Positions 37,747 through 48,100 of a DNA stretch of 64,000 nt are shown in pieces (positions within the stretch are counted from its first letter, which is position 1; the number at the start of each line of letters is the position of its first letter). The notes beneath the pieces were generated by a model. It worked only from the letters and a program-made list of their open reading frames with translations, was not told the DNA's origin and did no database searches. Source of the DNA: Leptogorgia sarmentosa. Taxonomy: Eukaryota. The stretch lies in the NCBI GenBank assembly GCA_964658305.1, contig OZ210885.1, forward strand, positions 3,472,001 to 3,536,000. Reading direction: 5' to 3'. Both the position numbers and the translations under genes were made by a program.

Positions 37747-39635
37747 TTTTAGGGCCAAGATTTTGACTGACTGCTATGAGTCTTTTCGACTTTTATGACA
37801 ACTACAACTTTTACGATGATTGTTATTTGATGGCCGCCAGATTTTATGCTCGAAATCAACCTTTAGCCCTTCAAATAAAATTTTGAAATGGGAACAGCCT
37901 TTCTATTAACTGTGTATTTTCAAAATACATAAAATTCGCCAAGATGCGAGGCCAAATTTACTGTAGTTCATATTCGTTTAAGGCTGATTGATTTGCAATT
38001 TTGCCTGATCATTCAGGAAAGAATGTTTCCCTTTCTTGAAGTCGCGATGTGATGACAATTATTGTATTAGTTCCACTGTATTTGCATATAAAATAAAGTT
38101 AACTATCTAGACAAGAAAAACAGTCGTCCTATCAAAGAACTTATATTTTCGTTTTAGGGTATCCTGATTTACGTCAAAAAATAAATCGTCGTCTTCTGGA
38201 ACTAAATAAAAAGAAAGGGTTAAGCTGACTAAAATGACAGAATTGGTCACATTTATAATTTTTGTTGTCATAGTGACAAAATAAGATACCACTCTTTCTT
38301 GAGTAAAATATTGGGTTGGCATGGGAACAATGTGTAATAACTGCCTCGTCATTAATAACTCTCATGACCCTCAAAAATACGCATCTAAAGCCATGGAATC
38401 TAAATAGTCTGCCTTGTTTATAGAAACAGTAAAGAGAACTACATAGATCCAGGTATTGGAATGCGGAAAACCTTTAGGCATGATTCCTAAGGTTCATGAC
38501 ATTGCTATTTCACTAATATTTTTAAGCGAAATTAGTAAGCACTCTTAATTGTTCAGGCGTTGTTATTATTTTTTGCCATAAAGTTCGAAAATGCGTACAT
38601 AAAAACACAGCTCTGAAGTTTTAACAATCATTAGAATACAACAGTGCAATGCCATTGAAAAAGAGAGCAATACAGGGTGATTCAGGAAAGAACTGATATC
38701 TGAAATTCAATTTGCTGCATTCCATATTTAATCGCACCGACGTTGCTTGAATATTCATAGGTTCAAAGCATGTCAATTATAAACAGACGATATCAGTTCC
38801 TTCCCTGTGGGAGTTTCAAGTCATTCTAATTGCACCACGAAAAACTTACTCAGATATACAATTTTCCTTGGAATCTGAAATGGCCATAGAAAGGAATATG
38901 TTTGTGAATTATTAAATTGCAGCAACAGCATCTCGGCTAATATGAGTTTTTAATGTGTCAGTTTTTTCTGACTCAGCCTCTACAATCAGGGACACGTACT
39001 GTAACCAGGGAGTCAATCTGGGGGTGTTGTATTTTCATATATTCATGTTCTGCCCGCATTTGTTTTGAAATTAATTCATTTAAAAAGAAATCAGTCTGGT
39101 AGAATACGAAAAAATGAATACGGCCCTCATTAAAGTCCTTGAAAACAATTATCAACAGACTTGTCGAAGAACAATGCAAGATATCGCTTTAACACGCAAG
39201 GCTTAATTTTTTATGAGGTATCAGGTTTCCATATATCATTTATCAGTTTTTTAAACAAGAAAAACACAGGCAAAAATATTACTTCAGAGCTTTAGGCATG
39301 GAGGCTCATAGTACTCAACGGTGGTAATAATAAGATCTGGCAAATGAAGAACTTTGCACTTTGCACTGACGGACGGTATTCACGTGAAAAGAGTGTGACT
39401 GACATTTGCGACAAAATGAAACTGTATGTTATTATTCAGCTGGAAAATTTCGAAAGACTGAAAGTAGAGAACAAAACAGATAGGCATTTTATCGGAGTAT
39501 TTGCTAAGTGAAATGTAAAATTCTACTTTTGTGTTTTGATATTATTATCCATTACCTATATATATACTAGCGTCATCATTCAAAATGATAAATCGATCAA
39601 ACGTACAGTACAACTGCGTTGCTTAGATGTAAGCA

Positions 39636-39780
39636 CAAAATATTTTGAATGGTCTTTTTGATATTGTGCATGTATTATGATACTTATGGCGGCTTAAGTG
39701 TTTAGTACAAAGTTATTTTTGACCCAGCAAAGCATAATATAATTATTTACATATTAAGTGTTCATGCTTTGGCTATAAAA
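39636..39780 (+). promoter_or_regulatory. Proximal promoter of peptide paralog 3 (TATA box 39774-39780)
   Basis: GCTATAAAA, plus ATTTACATATTAAGTGTT and TTAAGTGTTTAGTACAAA blocks shared with the paralogs. Confidence 0.7.
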
Positions 39781-39839
39781 TCAACGGCAAGAGAAGTAAC
39801 CATCACAGTCTGCTGTTACTCCAGGAAAGAAGAGTAAAA

Positions 39840-41009
39840 ATGGAGAAAACTATCTTTTTGTTTGCGTTTCTGCTGATAATCTCGGCGACCTTAATCTTTG
39901 GCGAAGATGATGAAACTTTGGTGAGAGATATCCTGGAAAAGTGAGTAGAAAATGGTCCTTTTTCGCTTAGGCGTTGAAGTCAGAATATAGCTACGACATG
40001 TTTTTCAATGTGAAAACACGACCAGGCAAAAAAAACAAAGAAATTTCTCCTGTTCATTCAATTAAAAACGAAAATATTTCAATGCAATCTTTGTTAGGAA
40101 CCGCGTTGTCTCATCCATCGGTAGTTTGTTTATATTTATAGGACGATAAAACAGTCTAAAATTAATATAAAAGTTCATGTTGGTCACCGCTGTTCTCGTA
40201 TATTAGCCATTTCTTTTGAAATCGATTCTCTTTGTGACGCGAACGCTTGAAAGAGAGAAAAAGATATTTTTGCCCAAGACAAGTGGGATTATTAAATAAC
40301 TTGAGTTTTAAGAAAAAACTATATTGCTGGTGACAACAAGTTTTCTAAAGGGTTCTCTCTCTTTTTGCTACGCATAATGGTTTCCACTACAAAATTCGTT
40401 CAAATTTGAGGGGTTCGGGATTTTTTGCCATAAAGCCAATAGAGAAACTCAATGGGGTAACAATAATTGGGGAAGGGGCATATTCATACAGGGTGTACCA
40501 AAAAACCCACGAACTATTGAAAATGACCTATTGTCATAAATTCAATGGCCTATTTCTGAGCCGAATGTAAAGAGTGTAAAATTGATTCTAAAAAGCAATA
40601 TTTTGTCAATAATCCATGCACTCACGTGTTTTTGCTAGGCATTGAAAGTCTAACAATAGATCATTTTCAATGGTTGTGTTTTTTTTGGAACACCCTGTAT
40701 ATTTGTGTTCAAATACCATGAAAACATTTGATTTCAAAGAAATTATCATATTAATCTCTTAACTTAAGGCAAGTGCATAACTATAATTACTTAAAAACAA
40801 CGACGAACAGACCTTTTATGAACTTTTTTAGGGCAACTTCAAACGAAGTCTTTGCTGATCCAATGGCTCTGCTTGGTCATCGTCGATCCAGCCGAAAACC
40901 TTACGGCAAGCGACGAAGGCGTCGCAGTTGGAGCCGTAGTCGTAGCCGTAGCTATAGCAACGGTCGAAGCAGAAGTCGTAGCCATAGCAGACATGGATGG
41001 TGGTATTGA
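39840..41009 (+). CDS. Secreted RS-repeat cationic peptide precursor, paralog 3 (92 aa, 2 exons)
   Basis: Exon 1 39840-39940 (AA|GTGAGT) plus exon 2 40832-41009: MEKTIFLFAFLLIISATLIFG-EDDETLVRDILEKATSNEVFADP-MALLGHRRSSRKPYGKRRRRRSWSRSRSRSYSNGRSRSRSHSRHGWWY*. TATAAAA at 39774, AATAAA at 41051. Confidence 0.88.
40489..40697. mobile_element. Tc1/mariner-like MITE nested in an older repeat, in the intron of peptide paralog 3
   Basis: TA|CAGGGTGTACCAAAAAAA...TTTTTTTGGAACACCCTG|TA. It interrupts the GGGGCATATTCATA|TATTTGTGTTC motif of the hAT-MITE family seen at 37587. Confidence 0.85.
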
Positions 41010-41253
41010 TGAATATGATAATGTAGCTACTGAATGTAAAATGAATTGTCAATAAAATATGTAGAACATAAAATACGTGTTAATATGAATTGTCATAAAA
41101 TGTATATTTATATACTAATTAAACGACAACTTTTAAGTGTTATTGGGTAGAGTCTAAAGAGACAGTCACAGCTATTATTGTGTTGGGGCAATTTGCGAAA
41201 TGAAATATTGTCAGCGTTGTTGCTGTATTCAATACAACCACATTACACATAAC

Positions 41254-41317
41254 CTTTAAACAGCATTAAGGAAATACCATGCAAAAAAAGAAGACATCGA
41301 TGAAGAAGCCACGACAT
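41254..41317 (-). pseudogene. Orphan paralog of the RPTP signal-peptide exon
   Basis: Encodes MSWLLHRCLLFLHGISLMLFK with a phase-1 G|GTTATG donor, versus MSWLFHRWLSYFSISLLVFE G|GTAATG at 62525-62465. Flanks are also homologous (41186-41345 vs 62396-62555). No matching downstream RPTP exons were found in the window. Confidence 0.7.
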
Positions 41318-42139
41318 TTTTAGGTTGATTTTGAATACTGAAAGAGCAGAAGCGATTTTTCGATGTGTAACTTTGCGTTCGGTGTTTTTCATACTTCCAC
41401 ATGATGGCATCCAAATAATTGGTGCAAGCAGTTTATTGAGCATGCGCATTTAGTTCGAAACTACTCAGCTTCAAAAAATAGTTTGCTCATGCGCAGTTGA
41501 CTTCATAATTTCCGTCCGATTATTGGATTAGATAAACGCGGCTCATTTTGCAGAATATTTTACGAATGAGTTTCCCTCTCTTCCACACGAAAAAGACGGC
41601 GTAAACATCAAGAAAGCAACCAGTGTTTCAATACACTGTTCGAGTTCTCATGTATGCATGCACCAGAACAAAAAGTCAACAACATCCTGTACTAAACTTT
41701 TATTATCGAAGATTTACAATTAAAAATAATTGAAAATTACATTTATTACAGTTGTAAAATTATTAGCACAACTTTTATGTTGACTGATCCCTAAACTCAA
41801 AATTTCTAATCCCAATCAACTTTGTTAAACAAAAGTGATTACTGTCTTGTGTAACATATTATGTCTAATCATAACATGTCTAATTACCAACTTGTATTTA
41901 ATACGGTGGTGTAGCAGAACTGAGTCGTGCACTTTTCTAATCATGCGTTTGACTTCAGACCAAATTTCACTCCACTTAGTGCAATTACCATTATTAAAGA
42001 AATGAAAGAATTGAACATCGGATTTTCGACTACTTTGTTAAACTGGTATATAGAACGAAAATTATTATTGTCTACAAAATAATCAATGATTACTGTCTTG
42101 TGCAACGTATTATTGTCTAATTAAAAATTGGTATTTAAT

Positions 42140-45100
42140 TCATTCGAAGTTTGCGTACTCGCTGAAGGTATCAAGATATGCCAATACGGTGGTGTAGCAG
42201 AACTGATACTGTTCCTAAATGGGAAAAAATCACGTTTCATTTATACAGGTGTGTAATTAAAAAACCCGGCAATCCAGCTTTGGCATATGTCACTGTATGT
42301 TGTTAATTACAGGGTATATAAGGGAGTTATTTTCCAAATGCAAATATTAGTTTAATTGTTCTCGGTTTTATTATTATGTTCTATTATAATTATTCAGTCG
42401 CGAGCGCAACCGGTTTGACGATAAAGAGCTCCTGCTCTAACAGGTTAGCTGATTACACTGGATGTATATTTACGGAATGAAGTGCCTGGTGTACATTTCA
42501 GATCAGGGGCGGATTTAAGGGGGGTGGATTGGGTGGCTAGCCACCCCCCTCTTTGGTCTAGAAAAATATTAATAAATGACGCACAATGGCGACCTCCCGG
42601 CTTTCCGATATGGCTGTTATCGCCATGCACAGCCACACGACAATTCCCATCGACACTCGACAGAAGGCAGATATGTGAACGTTTTATGGCATTGCATCCT
42701 AGAAGGATGAATGCATCCTCACTTTTCGTAGACAATTGAATGAATTTATTCTCAACTGTCTGTTGACGTTTCTGAGTTACTATTACTCTTTCGTTAAGGA
42801 CAGCTCTAGTTGACCGTCTAGTTTTCATTTGTTTTTTCAAGTGTTTTTCTTTAAAGTACAAGTAACCCAAATATATATAACCTTTTCTCTACTGCTCAGT
42901 GCTCAAACGTGCCTCGAAACATGCCTCTCAAGATGCTGGAAATGCCATTTCAGAGACCCAAGAACTGAAAAATTCCCCCTCGGCCACCCCCCTTTAAACA
43001 ATCCTAGATCCGCCCCTGCAGATCACGCGTTGCATGTAACAGGTCACGCGCCCTATATAAATGGTATTTTACATTACGCCTGCGTCGCCCGCGAAACGGA
43101 CATTCGAAATGTGCACACGCGTGCGTGACGATTGAAATATTTGCACATGTCATGAAATCGCCATTGATTTTAAGTGAACATTGGACATCTCGCAAAGTCT
43201 TCTTATTGAAGTCATCATTCAAGTCACAAAGGGAGTAAATTTTCCATAAGTTAGTTTCAATCATCAACAGTAAAAATTTGCGATTTCGACCAGCAATTTT
43301 TAATAGGCTTGTGCTCAAAATGGCACAGAAAACATTGCATGACATTCAATACCTGAGACCCTCATCTTTACGCAAAAATGACGTTTATACACCCAGCAAC
43401 TGTCGCACAATGACATGGCATTGTTGAATGGATACCCATTTTTTAGACACCCTTGCCGTGCTTGGTATAGAAGGCATACACGATTTACATATCATTTCAG
43501 ATGCAACGATCACATCTTTGATAAGAACAGGGCCCGTGCCTTTTAAGACCCCAAGTTTCAAATTTCAATGACGAACCAGTTACAATTTTTTGGATTAAAT
43601 AACATCCAAAAGGACGTCGCGCATCCCTTGGAAGTCGAGAGGGCATTTGAATGAATTATAATTCTTGTACTCACAGCATTTTCAACAAATTGCGGTCGTG
43701 TTCCTCGGATCATTTTTATCGACTGGAAGACATCCATTGCTTGTTCAATTTTCATTCTTTCAAGAAGGTTTGAAATGGTAATGTATGTCCCAGTACGTCC
43801 TGCTCCGTCGCTGAAATACAACATGGATATAATTACGTGTGCAATTTCGAGTACATCATAATTATAAACAAGTTTACTTCCAGAGGAAGTTAAAACTTTG
43901 CAGGTTTTAGAATAAAATTATAATTATTTGGTGTTAAAAAGACCCTATTTCACACAACCCACTGCGCGCTACGTCTATTATTTTCAAGAATTTTGGACTT
44001 AAAACAAGTCATACATGAATCTAAAGTATGCTGGTGCTATTTGTGGCTAAAAAACTTTTTTTAAAGAAGGCTGCTGTTGATCTTCAGAATGCAAACACCT
44101 AGGAAAACACGAACGAGAAATTCCTGGAAAAACACGTCAGAAAATTAATATTACCTGCAAGCTACAATGATTGGTCCTTGGCCGTGAGCTTTTCTCGATT
44201 TCTCGACCAATGACGTGAGCTTGATGACGCTACTTGCATCAGATGGTACACGATGGTCTGGCCATTTCGTGTAGTGGAAAATGTTAACAACTTCACCATC
44301 AGACAAATCCTACGCCAATCAAAATTATAATTCAAAAATTAGAGATACATATTGATGTGAGTTAAATAACATTAAATGATAAATTGAGAGAATAATTTTT
44401 TCTATGCCGCGTATTTTTGACGGACTCTGTTCAAAACCTTAAATCTTTTTGCGCTCCTCTCAAAATTAAATTGCTCTATTATTATTGTCTGAAGAAAACT
44501 GTTTTGCTGTCTTCGGAACTGTTTATAGGAGCATTGAGAAACCAAAAGGAACATAAAAATTATGAACATCAATGTTCGTATAACAAGCGCAACTTGGATG
44601 AAGCCTTCAATGGTTTCAACAATAAATGCAAGATAAATTATATATTATTCTTATGAGCTTACCCTCCAAAATCTTTTTATTTTCGTTTTATATCATTAAT
44701 TATGAATCCATCAAGCTTTTTAAGTGAGTCTGCCGACTGAAAAACCTCAAAATTCTAAATTTATATTTCGACGAATTTGAGTTTTGAGCGCGAAATACGT
44801 GACATACAGAAAATCCTCGTCTTACTCAAATCCAGGCCAGTGTTTACATTATACTTGAAAAGATTATCTAAGACGCGTTTCTTTTCGATTCATCAGATGG
44901 CGCTGTTCTAACTGCAAAAACGTTTTTATAACTGAATGCATACTTTACTTACAGGATAGGGTGATAAGATAAACTTCCTAGTCCATATTCCATCTGATTC
45001 TTTCTCGAACTCCAACTGCACTGTCAACCTGTCATATTGTGTTGGTTGGCCTCTGTTTGTCGGCCAGAATTTCGGGAACGACTGAAAGCAAACCAAAAAA

Positions 45101-48100
45101 ACAAAAGGTTTATCATACGAAAAAAAAATAACGGTGTTTGACATCATGGGTCAGTTACCTGCAACATTGGGTTTATACTGATGTAACTAACCGTTATGTT
45201 GTTTTATAATATTAGGTTTATACTAATGTAACTTAATTACTTAATAATATTAGGTTTATACTAATGTAAATTTAATTACTTAATACGTACCGTTCCATCT
45301 TTGACGTTATTCAACAAGACAATCGCGGTCGATTTTTGCGAATGAACAAGTCGCCAAAAGTCGTTGATGGTATTTGGCAGAGGACTTTGTGTAGCGATAA
45401 AATAGTTCCTTCCAAGGTAGCCCTAGAATATAAAGAATTGAACAACAAACTTTTTTTGTTTATATCGAAACTACATCTAAGAAAGTGCAAATACTCTAAA
45501 AAACAAAGTGAGAAATATTATAGCTTCTTGAATTTCTAAAGGATTTGATTAGAATACACATTGATACATCGAACACGATATCCCATGCTCCGTGATTTAT
45601 GATTTTTCCTGACAATTTTTGCTTGCCTTCGTTCATAGAAACAGAGTGCTTAACAAGTATATGATGCATGTATTTCTTTAGCGCATAATTTTAAAAGGAT
45701 GTGCCTACATTCACGAACACAGCGTTGATGTAATCAGAATCTTCTACTCCAGCAACGTATTTAAGAGAGGCACGATTTCTCTCCGCTAAAATAGAAGTAA
45801 AGAAACAATTCTTGATATAACACCAAATCGATGATCGCAATTGCGAAATATCGGCTCATGAAAGCGTTTAACCTATGGATATCTGTATGGTTCAAGTGAC
45901 TTGTAAACCTGTTAACTCATTGAATAAAATGAGTGAACCAAGTACAACATGAAAGATGTTCTGATTTTTTTCTCAAGTGATTTACAGTACCTGGTAAAAC
46001 ATTCTTATTGCGATTCTTGCTGTGATTCCCCTCAAGTAATCCTGCAGTGCATTCGTCTGGGGAAAGTTTTGGCGAGACCTCACCAAGCCTCTATAAAATG
46101 AAAATGCCATACGATGTAATTTATAGTAGCTACATGTCTGTTAGCAGCGCCGTTCTTTTCAAATTAATTCAGAAACAGCAGATTTCAAAGGAAATCCGTC
46201 GGACAGAACACGAATATATGAATTTATTATATACACATGCGCTGGATATGAGCTATTCTGCAATCTGATTGGTTCTCTACTAGCAGGATATTAGCTCATA
46301 TCCTGCTAGTACAGAAATGTAAACAAAATGGCTGAAAGAGCGAAGCTGGAATTGAAGTTTTCAACAGTTAAAAACGTCTTTGTGACCGATTAAAAGAATA
46401 AAATTCAAGAAGTTTAGTTGTAAATGTTTATTGTGCAGTTTTGAATCTGGAAAACCGGACTCGACGCTGTAATATTCATCGCTTGACTGAGTTGGATCGC
46501 TTGATCGGCGCTACGCGCCTCGTCGACTATCAGCGCATATACGGCTCGAGTTCGCAGAATAACTGTTAAATACACCCCCAATAAACGCTCTAGTTACGCC
46601 CCTTTCTGTTGGTAAGCTGCTAACTAATTACAAGAAATGTCAGACATGGTTGCCTCAATTTTTGAATAAATTAACTGTACAAGTCAATATGGTACGGTAA
46701 AAGTTATCATAATTTACAATGGCGGAGACGTTCAAAAGTTAGAATTTCTCACCAATTACTTTCACGGCTAATTATTGACTTTTACAGTTAATTTATCAAA
46801 ACTTGAGGGTAACCATGTCTGAAGTTTGTGGTAATTTTACATAATTAACATGTGTAGTAAAAAATGACACTTTAAAATTCAACCTTAAACTTCTCTTCAA
46901 ATCCAGTCATTCCACTGGCTTTAGTTTTGGTGAGCTGTTTAATCTCCTGCTGGATTTTACTGCAATCCACTTCATTCATACCGCATAAAATAGTTTCCAA
47001 AATGGCTTCGTGAATGAAAATGTATTGCTCCTGAAAATAAAATATACAAATTAAGTATTTCAAAAAATGGAGACATCATATTATATGAAATTAACAATGC
47101 ACTTTATCAACGCGGATTTCGAAATTTCGCGCACATTTAATTATTACCGGCCTTTGCATGCTAATATAAATTTAGCCAATTTCCTTGACGCTGATTGGCT
47201 AAAAAGGGTTCAGAACTGTACGAATTAAACTTTAATTACACATTTGGATAGGTGTTAATTAGATTACACGTTAATTCATGCCTCGTTAATATAGTGCACG
47301 TGAATTTCCTATAAAAAGGTACTTGTAACTAGAATGTAGAATGTGTAAAAAGAATTAAACAAGGATGAAAAATTTGTATCCATACCAAAGTTTGCACCAT
47401 ATTCATTCTTCGTTCTCGCATCGCACATACTTCACCAAAAACATCAATAGAGTTGATGACGCCTCTCTCGAATTTATCCAGGATCATGTCAATGGCAAGA
47501 AAGACGCCAGTTCTGCCAACACCAGCACTGCAAATTAAAAGAAAAATTTCGCTGAGATAACGTAGCTGATACTATTAACGAACGTGGTGCGTAATATTAG
47601 AGATAAATATAGCCATGACTAAACTTAAAACCGGGGTTGTGACTTGCGAGGTCATGCATCTGCAAAACATTTTGTTGTCTAAAGTCTCTGAAGTGGCATT
47701 TCCTACAAATGCAATATTTATGTAGAATTCTAAAAATCATAGACCGTTTACATCAAAGTTACTCCCATCTTGCAAGTTCATAAGAAATCTTATCACATTT
47801 TACTGTTTATTACTGCACATTTTTCTTTTATCACTAAACAAATTAATGAACATTACACAAAGATTAGGTATCGAGCCTACACGAATCGTACCTGCAGTGA
47901 ACGACAACAGGTCCAGACTGTTCCAAGTGTTGAGTTTTGAACTGTCTTCTGAAAGCCAGAAGTTGGGTGGGATATTTAGGAACACCATGATCAGGCCAAG
48001 ATTGAAAGTAGTAATGTTTCACTTCGCGCTCTTCACCATCCTAAATTGTTGATTTTAGGGAGAGAAATCTCTTAATTTTTAGCCTGTCTTCTTCGTTGTG

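Noticed and set aside
38107..38201. Minus-strand phase-1 'exon' (VPEDDDLFFDVNQDTLKRKYKFFDRTTVFLV*) that could join the orphan leader at 41254 to give a small prepropeptide
   Set aside because: It lies in the duplicated upstream region of peptide paralog 3, and the homologous region near 31935-32070 does not preserve the acceptor or frame. Probably chance, though RNA-seq could rescue it.
42445..43345. ORFs of 85-141 aa in the last RPTP intron
   Set aside because: They overlap a TIR element and repeat-derived DNA, with no protein motifs or splice support.
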